Source: Actinomycetes bacterium (GTDB lineage Bacteria > Actinomycetota > Coriobacteriia > Coriobacteriales > Eggerthellaceae). From it: a DNA stretch of 59,387 nt. The stretch lies in contig JAEYEL010000189.1 in NCBI GenBank assembly GCA_023403475.1, positions 1 through 59,387 of the forward strand, in the 5' to 3' direction. A program made the translations under genes and the position numbers. Each line of letters begins with the position of its first letter. Position 1 is the first letter of the stretch. The notes beneath the pieces are model-generated. The model worked only from the letters and a program-made list of their open reading frames with translations. It was not told the DNA's origin and ran no database searches. Positions 10,030-20,138 of this stretch are shown piece after piece.

Positions 10030-11889
10030 ATGAGGAAAAAAGCTCTGGGCCTTTTGCTCGCTCTGTGCACGATGCTGTTTCTGCTGCCCGTGCAGGCGTT
10101 TGCCGATGGCCCGCTGCCCCAGGTCCAGCTTGATCTAGGCGCGGCGAACACCGAAAACGACGACTACAAAATCACGGACAGCGCCATCAACCTTCGCAAA
10201 GAAGGCGTGGTGTACGAGCTGACCGGCGCAACCGACAAAAAGATTCAGATCTGGGGCAGCAACAGCCCCGACCCCGTTAAGACGTTCTATCTGCGCCTGA
10301 ACGATGCCACCGTCAACGGCGGCATCGACATATACAACCCTTACGGCGCGAAGCTGGTCATCGAGGTCGCCGATGGCACGACCAACACCGTGAAAAAAGT
10401 CTATGCCGTCGATCTTGCCATCACCGGGAAGGGCACGCTGAACGCGTCCGACTTAGGCTCGACGCAGCAAAACAGCAACGATAGTCGCCACTTGACCAGC
10501 GCCCTTTCCATCAAAGACACCACCATCAACGTCACCACAACAGGCAATCCCAGCCAGTGGAACGGCATATGCGTGCTCGACGGGGATGCGAACGTCATCT
10601 ACACCACGGCCACCGATTACGCTCCGCTAGTCTTAGGGCAGACATACAACTTCTCTCATTCTCTGACCATGAAGGGCAATTCCAAGCTCTACTGCCTGCA
10701 TTCCAACGCCGATGATCCTTCGAACTATGCCGTAGACGGTCTGTCCGGCTATAACGGCTCTATCACGCTGCAGGACAACGCCTATCTGGAGGCGCAGGGT
10801 CGTGCCGCATCCGGTGGAAATGCCGGATGCGGCGTGGTCTGCGATGGAGATATTACTGTAAAGGACAACGCCACTCTTAAGGCTACCGCTCAAGGTCCGG
10901 CGATCAGCACATGGGGCGATGTCAAGGCTTTCGGCGGCAAGATCATCGCCAAAAGCTCCGGCTCGAACGGCATTTACGCCAGCGGCGCAATTGGCATCGG
11001 CAACGCCGAGGGCGAAATCGAAGGGTTCTATCCTGCCCTGTTCGGCAACGGCAACGTGTCCGTGGACAACAGCGTGCTTGTGGCCACATCCACTGACGAT
11101 GTTGCCATCTATTCAGCCAGCGGCACGGTAACGCTGAAGAACAGCAAGGTGGACGCCAACGGTGCCGACGGTCGCTATGGCATCCTTTCCAGCAACGGCG
11201 TCAACGCCTCCGGCTCTTGGATTGAGACCACCGGGCCGGAGACGCTGGACGAAGAACCCGACAGCATTGAGAACAGCGTGCTTTTCAACGGTAACGATGG
11301 CAAAGTCATCGGCAACGCCGGCATTCCCAGCGACGCGACCGTAGACGCGAACATGACGTTGGACGTCCCCGAAGGAACGAAGCTCATCGTGCCACAGGGC
11401 AAAACCCTGACCAACAACGGCAAAATTGCTGTAAAGGGCGCAATTGAAAAAGCCGGCACTATTGTCTGCAACAGTCACAGCGGCGGCACGGCCACCTGCA
11501 AGGGCAAAGCTAAGTGCGATGTCTGCGACGAGCCTTACGGCGAGACCGACCCGAAGAACCATACGAACCTCAAGCTCTTCCCGGCGAAGGCAGCCACTGC
11601 TGACGCAGAGGGAAATATCGAGTATTGGTACTGCGACGGCTGCGGCAAGTATTTCAGCGACAAGGAAGCCGTGAAGGAGATCAAGAAGGCCGATACCGTG
11701 ACGGCAAAGATGGATTCGAAGGTTGTCTCCCTGGACGACGAGAAGTCCGCCGACGCAAAGCCGGCTAACAAGATCCCGCAGACCGGCGACAGCAGCAACC
11801 CTGCCCTTTGGATCGCCCTGCTGTTCGTGAGCGGCGTCGTGCTGGCGGGAACATCGCTCATGGTCAAGAAGAACAAGAATGGCAGATAG
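10030..11889 (+). CDS. Sortase-anchored (IPQTG) surface protein with beta-helix-like core and Cys-rich C-terminal modules
   Basis: Signal peptide MRKKALGLLLALC...VQAFA after GGAGG; G/N/T-rich repeats; CDVC and YWYCDGCGKYF; IPQTG + hydrophobic helix + KKNKNGR. Confidence 0.8.
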   Translation: MRKKALGLLLALCTMLFLLPVQAFADGPLPQVQLDLGAANTENDDYKITDSAINLRKEGVVYELTGATDKKIQIWGSNSPDPVKTFYLRLNDATVNGGIDIYNPYGAKLVIEVADGTTNTVKKVYAVDLAITGKGTLNASDLGSTQQNSNDSRHLTSALSIKDTTINVTTTGNPSQWNGICVLDGDANVIYTTATDYAPLVLGQTYNFSHSLTMKGNSKLYCLHSNADDPSNYAVDGLSGYNGSITLQDNAYLEAQGRAASGGNAGCGVVCDGDITVKDNATLKATAQGPAISTWGDVKAFGGKIIAKSSGSNGIYASGAIGIGNAEGEIEGFYPALFGNGNVSVDNSVLVATSTDDVAIYSASGTVTLKNSKVDANGADGRYGILSSNGVNASGSWIETTGPETLDEEPDSIENSVLFNGNDGKVIGNAGIPSDATVDANMTLDVPEGTKLIVPQGKTLTNNGKIAVKGAIEKAGTIVCNSHSGGTATCKGKAKCDVCDEPYGETDPKNHTNLKLFPAKAATADAEGNIEYWYCDGCGKYFSDKEAVKEIKKADTVTAKMDSKVVSLDDEKSADAKPANKIPQTGDSSNPALWIALLFVSGVVLAGTSLMVKKNKNGR

Positions 11890-11912
11890 CTAACAGCCGC
11901 GAACTAATAGCT

Positions 11913-11951
11913 AAGCCCCTCTCTGCCTGCGTGCGGCAAAGAGGGGCTTTT
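11913..11951 (+). terminator. Rho-independent terminator
   Basis: aagcccctct...agaggggctttt. Confidence 0.8.
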
Positions 11952-12013
11952 ACGTTACCGCGCGCGACGGTGCGGATTCTCCCTATGCTGGCGGCTTCCA
12001 ACTGGAGAGCGGG

Positions 12014-12778
12014 TCAGTCAACGAGTTCGTCTTCTTCGAAGGTCTCCACCCATATATCGTCGCGGAATCCGTCGGTCAGCAGCTCTTGGGCGCGTCCTTG
12101 CGAGATAAGCCCCCGTTCGAACAGCAGGCAGATGCGATCAAGATAGTCCCCGTCAGCCATCTTCGCGTTGCTTCCCCGTCGCGGCTCGTACAGAGCCGTT
12201 GGATAACCCAATCGCCGTGCCGCCGTCTTCACGTTTCGGCTGAGCATTTCCTTCTGGGAACGATTCACCACATCTTCGTCTTCGAGCCGCACGAGCAGCG
12301 CCATCCTTGAGATTCCGAACTTCTGCTCGATCCCCACGACCGCCGCGATCAGATGATCCTCGTCCGTCACTCCACCTTTTTCCAGCCCCCGCTTCCTCAA
12401 TTCCCTACGTAGGGCATGATAGGGCAGAAGGAGAAAGGAGGCGAACGAATCCGCCGTCCGCTCAACCTCACCGTAGCGCCGAACATCTTTCGGGCAAATC
12501 ACCATGGAAGCACCTTCGTCGAAAAAAAGATGGTACAACTCGTGCGCGAGCGTGAAGCGCTGTCTCCCCAAAGTCTGAGAGGAATTGAATGCTATCAGAT
12601 TAAAATCTTCGTGCTTGATGCACATGCCGCTTATGTTGTCGCCCAGCGGATAAGCGACCGTTGTGAGCCTCGGAATTTCCCGCGCACAGGCGAAGATGTC
12701 AATCGAGGAAAGGTTGTCTTTTCCCCAATCAGCCCGCAATGTCTCGGCCAAGCGAGCCGCATCTTCCTTACGCGCCAT
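12014..12778 (-). CDS. ImmA/IrrE family metallopeptidase
   Basis: RQRFTLAHELYHL (HExxH) and ERTADSFASFLLLP. Confidence 0.9.
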   Translation of the reverse strand: MARKEDAARLAETLRADWGKDNLSSIDIFACAREIPRLTTVAYPLGDNISGMCIKHEDFNLIAFNSSQTLGRQRFTLAHELYHLFFDEGASMVICPKDVRRYGEVERTADSFASFLLLPYHALRRELRKRGLEKGGVTDEDHLIAAVVGIEQKFGISRMALLVRLEDEDVVNRSQKEMLSRNVKTAARRLGYPTALYEPRRGSNAKMADGDYLDRICLLFERGLISQGRAQELLTDGFRDDIWVETFEEDELVD

Positions 12779-13160
12779 ATTCCGCTGCCTTCTCTAGGGT
12801 CGCCATCTCTTCAAGGTTGCGGGCTATCCTGCCGACGGCCGCAATGGATTCGAGGTCTTTTCCGCCCAGCCCTTCGCTGCGGAATGCAACGGCTTTCTGC
12901 GAGACAGACGCAGATTCGCCAATCAAATCATCCAGCGAGCAGAAAAACAGGTCGCACAGCGCTTCAAGGGCAGAAACCCCAATGGAACGCTGACCGTTCT
13001 CAACCTTGCTCACAAGCGTCTGGTCGATACCCAAGAACTGCGCAATATGCTCTTGGGTAAACCCATGTTCCTTGCGCAGCCTCTTAATGTTCCCGCCAAC
13101 AACCTCATCGACACCAGCCACAACGGCCTTCTCTCTTTCCAAACAATTATCAAAGTGCAT
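12768..13160 (-). CDS. XRE-family HTH regulator (true start may be GTG 13121)
   Basis: IKRLRKEHGFTQEHIAQFLGIDQTLVSKVENGQR; overlaps the ImmA start. Confidence 0.88.
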   Translation of the reverse strand: MHFDNCLEREKAVVAGVDEVVGGNIKRLRKEHGFTQEHIAQFLGIDQTLVSKVENGQRSIGVSALEALCDLFFCSLDDLIGESASVSQKAVAFRSEGLGGKDLESIAAVGRIARNLEEMATLEKAAEYGA

Positions 13161-13174
13161 CTATTTGACTGAAT

Positions 13175-13798
13175 CTATTCGCATATGTCGGAATCAAAGT
13201 CGCCTCTGTTGTAAAAATACGTAGTCATATCGACAAAACGCGGCAACCGCCCGTCTTTTTCTTGCACATATTCCTCAAAGACAAAGTCTTTTCCCATATA
13301 TTGGGACATATCGCAACAATTCTTATACTGCTGTTTTCGCGCTTGAACGAGGGAATATGCGTTCAAATTCAAGCACTCAATAGTATCTGCGCCCTCATTC
13401 GTAACCCCTTCAATTCGACCATCCGTTAGAAAACGGAAATGATCCTCGCAGTCCTCCATAAGCGGAGAGACGAACGTTAATGAGTTATAGCGGTTTTCTT
13501 TAGCCCTTCCGCAAGTATTGTCAGATGTGCAAGAGACCAAAAGATTGCTATAATCCATTGAGCTTTTCGGAAAGGATGATTGTGGCTTGATATGCTCATT
13601 ATGCGAGCTGGAAGAATCAATCGATTTACAACAATAGCAGCAAATCATTTTTTGTTGTGCCAGCATATGTTCGCGCACTTGTTTTCGCAGCAATTGGCCA
13701 GTCTTTGTATTTTCCAAATCGTCATATCGACTATTGGGATGTTTGCGCACATACGCACCCCAAAAATCCGGTGCGGTATCTTTAATTATTCTTCTCAT
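13175..13798 (-). CDS. ptuB: Septu PtuB-like HNH endonuclease (TIGR02646-like)
   Basis: QQKMICCYCC, HNEHIKPQS, YSNLLVSC, TIECLNLN; overlaps the ATPase gene. Confidence 0.8.
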   Translation of the reverse strand: MRRIIKDTAPDFWGAYVRKHPNSRYDDLENTKTGQLLRKQVREHMLAQQKMICCYCCKSIDSSSSHNEHIKPQSSFPKSSMDYSNLLVSCTSDNTCGRAKENRYNSLTFVSPLMEDCEDHFRFLTDGRIEGVTNEGADTIECLNLNAYSLVQARKQQYKNCCDMSQYMGKDFVFEEYVQEKDGRLPRFVDMTTYFYNRGDFDSDICE

Positions 13799-15056
13799 AC
13801 AGCAGTTCGCCCCTTTTCAGACGACCCTCTAATTCAATAACTACTGGATGATTTAAGCCAACAATCTCTCGAATCATTGAAATTAGCTGCCTGGCTTCAT
13901 CGAAATGATTTCCTTCGATTTCATTAGTAGCGCTATCGAGCAATGCCTGAAATTCAGGATTCGTCGATTTCGTACCCATGTATTCTTCGAGAATGTAATT
14001 TGAGTCGAAGCCATCCATTCTGTCAACGGTATTAACGATGATTTTCTGTCGCGCGTCGCTGGACAGCATAAAAAGTTCGAAGCTTTCATCAGCTTCGCCA
14101 AGAACTTGCGGAGAGTGGGTCGTAATAAGAAACTGAATGTTTGGAAAAGTTTTTCTCAGAGTAGGCAAGATGAGCCGTTGCCATGAAGGATGCATATGGA
14201 GCTCAATTTCATCAATCAGAACAATGCCTTCCCCATCCAATGGATTTGCGGAATCCCGATTTGCAAGAGCTAGCCTGCGAGCTAAATCCCCCAGCAACGC
14301 GAGCGTACACTTTTCGCCATCTGAAAGTTGATCAACACTATACTCTACACCATTTTTGGTTACCGACAATCTGAGGGGATTACGCTTGACTCGCAAATCA
14401 CTAAATTCCGGGAGCATTGCCTGAACAGCCTTTCTTACACATTGCAAGGAAGCGTCCCTGTATGCAAAATCTTGCCGTTCTCGAATCAGTTCGGCTTCGT
14501 AGTCCTCTTGATTCCGAAACCATTTGAAAAAAGTTCTGTAATCCAGCTCGTTTTCAATTGCCCTCTCCAATGCAGTCCACTTTGAGAACTGATGTTTGTT
14601 TCGTATGCGGAGGGGAACGTCCAAAACAGAGCGATTTGTTCCGTAATTTACAAAAATAGGGATATTTTTATTCTCATCACCATACATCGAGATATACTGC
14701 TCGAGGAAAGCGTCATACAATTTTTTGTGTGCGGCAACCACGGCACCTTTCCCAGGGCGCGCTTTTGTATATTCCTTCTTCAATAGAAAGTTCGCTCCAC
14801 CAAGTTCAAATTCACCGGATATCTCTAATTTCGATGCTCCAGAATGAACCAGAGTGCTATCCAAAGACCTGAACGCCGATCCTTGAGCTTGGTTAAGTCG
14901 ATACAGCCAATTCCAGCAAAGATAATTAACCGCCGCAAGGACGGAAGACTTGCCAGTTCCGTTTACACCAAAAACGACGACCGACTTTCCACTCATATTA
15001 AGACTGCAATTTTCAAACCCTTTGAAATTTTGCAGGCATAAACTCAACAATCTCAT
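13782..15056 (-). CDS. ptuA: Septu PtuA-like ABC/AAA ATPase
   Basis: GVNGTGKSS, QLSDGEK, LIDEIELHMHPSWQR, ITTHSPQ. Confidence 0.82.
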   Translation of the reverse strand: MRLLSLCLQNFKGFENCSLNMSGKSVVVFGVNGTGKSSVLAAVNYLCWNWLYRLNQAQGSAFRSLDSTLVHSGASKLEISGEFELGGANFLLKKEYTKARPGKGAVVAAHKKLYDAFLEQYISMYGDENKNIPIFVNYGTNRSVLDVPLRIRNKHQFSKWTALERAIENELDYRTFFKWFRNQEDYEAELIRERQDFAYRDASLQCVRKAVQAMLPEFSDLRVKRNPLRLSVTKNGVEYSVDQLSDGEKCTLALLGDLARRLALANRDSANPLDGEGIVLIDEIELHMHPSWQRLILPTLRKTFPNIQFLITTHSPQVLGEADESFELFMLSSDARQKIIVNTVDRMDGFDSNYILEEYMGTKSTNPEFQALLDSATNEIEGNHFDEARQLISMIREIVGLNHPVVIELEGRLKRGELLYEKNN

Positions 15057-15237
15057 TGCAACACCTTAAGCATGTAACGAATCTTCACCTTCCGCACTTC
15101 GATGTCCCCTCATAAACTATGGAGAAATAATAACACACCGTATGTCATTGCAGCATATTGTCATAAAATTTTACTTATGTGATTTTAAAAATATGACATT
15201 CGGTAAGCGTCCGTCAAACAGCTTCTCAGCCCACATC

Positions 15238-17499
15238 TCATTCCTGGATTTTCCAAGCGAATGGCCAGTTTGCAGGTTGGGGCTTTTCTTTGAGCGCGGG
15301 GAGGCTGCTCACTATTTCGAGGGTTTCCATGGAGACACGCACCACTCGTTTTACGAGGTCGACGATATAGCGCGGGTCATCGGAATAATCGTTGGGGTCG
15401 TTCACGATGCCCGATGGCTTATCCGTGCGAACTTGATAGCGATCCATCAACCAGCCGATGGCGCTCTTGCCATTCACCACGTAATCGTAAGCTCGAACGG
15501 GAATATTGCGCAACGTAAGGTTTTCCGCAACGCGCAGCACCGTCACGTCCTCGCCTTTAGGGTGCTCGTCGTCTTTCGCGCATTTGCCGAAATGCATCTT
15601 TTCGGTGCGCCCGGGGTTAGCGCTATCGCCTTCTTCGACAATGCCCGGCCACGGGTCGATCATCTCGTAATTCAAGTGCAAGTTAGCCAAAGCGCGACCG
15701 GCAATCGCAAAGCTTGCAAAGTCTTCGGCCAAGGGAATGCGTGGAAGTTCTTTCTTGAGGTTCGCTTCGAAGCGCGTGCGGTATTCCTCAGAATGAAGAA
15801 TGCCGTATATGTAGTAGAATATATCCTCCTTGGTCAGCTCTGGCCCTCCGTCTTTTTTGGCACGCGGTTTTCGCCCATGACGCGCGCCGAACGCACCGGG
15901 ATAAACAGCGCGGAAAACATGCAACGCCTCGTCAGTTATGGCATCATGACGGATGTAGGCGCACTGCGATTGATCGTCCCCCAAACGCATCTGCTCGCCG
16001 CTCTGTGCGCCGAAAAGAGATTGCTGACCGTTATCGCCCACAAGCTCAGGAGAGTCAGCCTCTTCATACCAATAAAGAGGGAAGCATTGGCCATGATGGA
16101 TGAGCTCAAGATCAGGGAGATGATCGGTCACCAAACAACCACGCTCCGACACGCTTATCACTAAATTCCCATAGCAACGAGAAGAGTGTTGCTGGTAGGT
16201 CATTTCGACCCCGCCTTTTTCCGCCAGCATCGAAGAGACCATGGGTTGCTGGTAGGTCCTTTCGTTCATTACGCGGTCGTAGTAAACCCATTGCTTACAG
16301 AAAGGTCGATATGTGCCGAGTCGAACGCAAGATTTATCGTATTCGAGCAAATTGCATTTACCCGCAAAGTCGAGCATGCGACGCGTCCAACTGAAACGCT
16401 CTGTATCGTATCGTACCTTACGTTTCTCCTTTTTCGCCACCTTCATTTCGGCATTCATTTCCGACATCAGTCTCTCCATGTTTGCAGCAACGGAAGCATC
16501 GGAATAACCCCAAGCCCATGGGTCACGCTGCGTTTTCAAACCCGAAGACCAGATTTCAAACATACCAAGAGGAGGCTTCCTCTTTTCGATTCCCATCGGG
16601 GCAAAATCGTAAAAGGAATCATCGCGCTGATTAAGCCAGTCTCCATGGCGATCAGGAACAACCGTGACCCATTCGTCTGTCTTCTCGTAAGCAGCCTCAC
16701 GCACAATAGAAAGCTTCTGCTCACGAGAAAGATAGTCGCCGACATCGTAATAACGAATAGAACCATGATCGATGGAATTGGGATTCTTCACCAACATAGT
16801 TATAGCGATAGGAGCCCGAGAGCCAGACCCAAAAATCTTGCCACCCTCTTTTCGGGATTCTTCTCCCTGTGTGCGTTGGTTTCCCCGCAAGTGGAACACC
16901 CATATGCTGCTAAACTCGTCCGCAAGGCATTTCCTCATGCCGCTCATCGCCTGACCATCCACCCATCCTGCATTGCTGACGAAGCAGATAACGCCTTTGT
17001 CACCAACACGGTCGGACGCCCACCGAAAAGCACGGATATAGGAATCGTAAAGTGAGTTCTTGTTCGTAGCATCGGTTCGAGCAGCGTACGTTTCGGCAAT
17101 GCGAGCATCGAGCGAAGGATAATTCTCGTTCGCATTGTTGTCATTTGCATTCTTCTGTCCGGCGGAATACGGGGGGTTTCCCACGATGACCCTAATGGGA
17201 AGCTTGTTTTGGGCTAATACGCGCTCGGAATTCTGGGTGAACACCTCGGTGTCAAGGGTATCCCCCTCTTCCGTCATCTGGAACGTGTCGGTCAGTACCG
17301 CTCCTTCAAAAGACACGTATTCCCCGCCCATGCGGGCGTGGTAGGCTTGCTCGATGTTGATGGTCATGATGTAGTATGCAAGCAGCAAAATCTCATTGGA
17401 ATGCAATTCGCACTTGTATTTATGCGGCAGCTCTTTGTCGCTAATGATATCGGATGCTATAAGCTCGGCCATGAACGTGCCCGTACCGGCGAACGGATC
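15238..17499 (-). pseudogene. Type ISP (LlaGI/LlaBIII-like) RM enzyme, C-terminal half (methyltransferase + target recognition domain)
   Basis: DPFAGTGTF (motif I), VGNPPY (motif IV), YRPF, KELPRIP, YVVNGKSAIGW; starts abruptly at the attL core. Confidence 0.9.
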
Positions 17500-17525
17500 T
17501 AACAAAATGCCATCTTTGATACAAA
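17498..17525. other. attL: TC core + 7 bp + 19-bp arm
   Basis: TC taacaaa atgccatctttgatacaaa. Confidence 0.9.
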
Positions 17526-17637
17526 ACGACACCCCTTCGCGCAGGGGTGTCGTCTCCTGGCCCAGGGGTGTCGAAATTTCCCAAAGGGGTGTCGTTTTGG
17601 TCAGTGGGGGTGTCGGAATCACGGATCAGGGGTGTCG
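17522..17637. repeat. Left-end array: five (A/G)GGGGTGTCG copies at ~21-bp period plus one inverted copy
   Basis: Copies at 17543, 17564, 17585, 17606 and 17628; inverted cgacacccct at 17527. Confidence 0.92.
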
Positions 17638-17742
17638 CTTTTCCTTTTAGGAGATGCCTGCTCGGCACCAGATCGCGAATCAAAATCGCAGCAAAACACG
17701 TTTTCTTATTCACAATAAGTTTAATGACTAGCATTAAACTTA

Positions 17743-17771
17743 TTGCATTCCGCATTATATTGCTATAGAAT
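17743..17771 (+). promoter_or_regulatory. Putative sigma70 promoter of the DUF2975 operon
   Basis: TTGCAT-17 bp-TAGAAT. Confidence 0.5.
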
Positions 17772-17807
17772 GACCGAATCATCGGATAACTCGTGAAAGG
17801 AAGGCAA

Positions 17808-18380
17808 ATGGAGAGGCTGAACAAGATAGCCCAAGTGGCCGCCGTCGTATTGGAGGTCGTATTCTTCGTCGCGCAGGGGCTGCTCCTGCTCGCGTTCCTA
17901 GCGTCGTTCATCTACCCCGACGGCATGGGAGCGTTTGTCGGGGATATCTCGGATGCCCGCTTCGAAAGGGTCGAGCTCAACGGCTTCGGGATAAACGTGG
18001 CGGCAAACGGCCAGATCCTTTGGGGACAGATGCGAATAGCCCTCATCTGCGGCTTCATAACGAGCGGCCTCATGGCCATGGTTTTCCGCAACGTGTCCCT
18101 CATCTTCAAAACGACCCGCGGCAAGACGTGGTTCTCGCAGGGAGAGACGCCGTTTCAGAAGGACAACGTGCGCATGGTGCGCGAGATAGGCATATTCTGC
18201 ATATCGGTGCCCGTCGTGGCGGAGGCCTTCAACATCCTGGCTGCCGCATGCTTCGGAGCGGATGTGACGGACGGCGCGGTGTCAATAAACGGCATCATCC
18301 TGGGCGTGCTTGTGCTCTGCCTGTCGCAGTACTTCGCCTACGGCATGCAGCTCCAGCGCGAGACCGACGGGCTGGTGTAG
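17808..18380 (+). CDS. DUF2975-family membrane protein
   Basis: Four TM segments, TPFQKDNVRMVREIG, FAYGMQLQRETDGLV; followed by a YozG-like HTH. Confidence 0.82.
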   Translation: MERLNKIAQVAAVVLEVVFFVAQGLLLLAFLASFIYPDGMGAFVGDISDARFERVELNGFGINVAANGQILWGQMRIALICGFITSGLMAMVFRNVSLIFKTTRGKTWFSQGETPFQKDNVRMVREIGIFCISVPVVAEAFNILAAACFGADVTDGAVSINGIILGVLVLCLSQYFAYGMQLQRETDGLV

Positions 18381-18383
18381 GCC

Positions 18384-18614
18384 ATGGGCAGGATCAAGCT
18401 CACCTTGAACGTCATGATGGCGCGGCGCGACATGTCGCTCAACGAGCTCGCCGAGCGCGTGGGGATAAGCCAAGTGAACCTCTCGAAGATCAAGAACAAC
18501 CACGTGACCGCCATCCGCTTCTCGACGCTTGCGGGCATCTGCGAGGCGCTTGACTGCACGCCGGGAGACATCTTGGAATACATTCCTGAAGGCGACGGAG
18601 CGGAAAGCGAATAA
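18384..18614 (+). CDS. YozG-like XRE HTH regulator
   Basis: LAERVGISQVNLSKIK...AIRFSTLAGICEALDCTPGDILEY. Confidence 0.9.
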   Translation: MGRIKLTLNVMMARRDMSLNELAERVGISQVNLSKIKNNHVTAIRFSTLAGICEALDCTPGDILEYIPEGDGAESE

Positions 18615-18775
18615 TCGGGCGCGAGTGCGATTTGCCGCGCTGAACAGGCTCTCGTAACCAGCGGTTGCCTTGATCTCCGAGAATTAGCATCCGCAGGTTG
18701 GTGGCATGCAACGCCCCGGTGCCCTAGATTCGTCCATGCCGGCACATATGGACGAACGATACAAAGGAACTAATC

Positions 18776-19798
18776 ATGGCATTCAGAGAGAATCTGCTGC
18801 ACCTTCGTGCGGCGAACAACATGACGCAAGAGGCGCTTGCGGCCCGCATCGGCGTGAGCCGCCAGGCAGTGGCGAAGTGGGAGTCGGGTGCATCCACGCC
18901 AGAGATGGAGAAGCTGCTCGCCTTATGCGAGCTCTTCGGATGCACGCTCGATATCCTCGTGACGGGCGACCTCACCGCCGAGCAGCCTAACCCCTCGCTC
19001 GCGCAGAAAGGACAGCCGTCCGACCTCTTCGGCTACGACGAGCTCATGCGCACGTTCGACTGGAAGATCCCGACGGGTGTGGCGCTCATCATATTGGGAG
19101 TTGCCTTCTGCGCGCTGTTCGGCGGATTGTCGGATGCCGGTGTCTTGGCTGAGAACATAGCCGCAGGATTCGGCGTGCTCTTCCTCTTCGCAGGCATAGG
19201 CTCAGGCCTGGCGCTCATAATTCCGGCAGGGCTTGCGCATTCGGCATTCGTGAAAAAGCACCCTTACTTAGAGGACTTCTATACGGAGGCGGACAAGGCG
19301 AATGCGCGGTCCCAGTTCGCCCGAGAGTTCGTCTTCGGCATCTGCCTTATTTTCCTGGGGATAGTTCAGGTAGTCTTCTTTGCCTCAGGTGCCGATGAGG
19401 CATCCATAAGCGATGTCTTCCCCGCCTTCTCCATGCTCGTCTGCATAGCGGTCGGGGTCTGGCTCATCGTGCATGGTGCGCTCATCTTGGGGCGCACGAA
19501 CATCGCCGAGTACAACAAGGAATCCGCAAACGAGGTGAGCCTGTCCGACATAGACAGCGCGAATCTGACGGACGAGCAGCGAGCCCGCGTCCTTGCGCTC
19601 AAGCACGAGAGCCGAATTGTGGGGTCTGTATGCGGATGCATCATGATCGTGGCGACTATCATTGCGCTCAGCATGCTGTTTGTACCTATGGGCAAAGGCG
19701 ATGAGGTTTACGAGTTCTTCTGGCTCCCTTGGCTTATCGGCGGCCTTCTCTGCGGCGCCGTAACGCTGATCTTGAAGGCATGCGGTAAAGCAGATTGA
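18776..19798 (+). CDS. XRE HTH regulator with multi-pass membrane domain
   Basis: TQEALAARIGVSRQAVAKWESG followed by about six hydrophobic helices. Confidence 0.85.
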   Translation: MAFRENLLHLRAANNMTQEALAARIGVSRQAVAKWESGASTPEMEKLLALCELFGCTLDILVTGDLTAEQPNPSLAQKGQPSDLFGYDELMRTFDWKIPTGVALIILGVAFCALFGGLSDAGVLAENIAAGFGVLFLFAGIGSGLALIIPAGLAHSAFVKKHPYLEDFYTEADKANARSQFAREFVFGICLIFLGIVQVVFFASGADEASISDVFPAFSMLVCIAVGVWLIVHGALILGRTNIAEYNKESANEVSLSDIDSANLTDEQRARVLALKHESRIVGSVCGCIMIVATIIALSMLFVPMGKGDEVYEFFWLPWLIGGLLCGAVTLILKACGKAD

Positions 19799-19801
19799 TG
19801 C

Positions 19802-20131
19802 GCAGAAGCAATCGACGCATCGAATGCGTGCATGGCAAGCCTCACCAAAGACGAGTGGGATGCCAAAGAGCTTCTGGAAGAGGCCATCAAGGTGCAGCTT
19901 CGCATCGCAGTGGCGACAGGCGACCCGAAAAGCGATGAGGCGCAGAAGCTGGCACGTATGCACAAGAAATGGATAACGATCCACTGGGGCGAGGGTTACC
20001 CGATTTTGGAGTACATAGGAGCAGTCAGGGGATATCTGCAAGACCCCCGGTTCATCGAGTACTATGACTCGGCGGCAGGCGAAGGGGCGGCGAAGTTCCT
20101 CGCCGATGCCGTGGAGACCGCATACTTATAA
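19802..20131 (+). pseudogene. TipAS-like antibiotic-recognition domain, probably a 5'-truncated MerR/TipA gene
   Basis: DPKSDEAQKLARMHKKWI...YLQDPRFIEYYD...GAAKFLADAV; TipA-like coding (AEAIDASNA) continues upstream of ATG 19832 to the previous stop. Confidence 0.65.
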
Positions 20132-20138
20132 TGTTCCC

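Noticed and set aside
13175..15237. Retron type I-A (PtuAB + RT + msr/msd)
   Set aside because: There is no reverse transcriptase ORF nearby, and the 180-bp upstream gap shows only weak AT-rich dyads.
15238..17622. Stand-alone 794-aa methyltransferase as given by the ORF track
   Set aside because: The first 41 codons come from the element's attL and repeat array; the rest is the C-half of the split ISP gene.
17522..17637. CRISPR or guide-RNA array interpretation of the element-end arrays (also 32293-32388)
   Set aside because: Repeats are 10-16 bp and linkers 3-12 bp, too short for CRISPR spacers. No cas or other recognisable RNA-guided effector is in the window.
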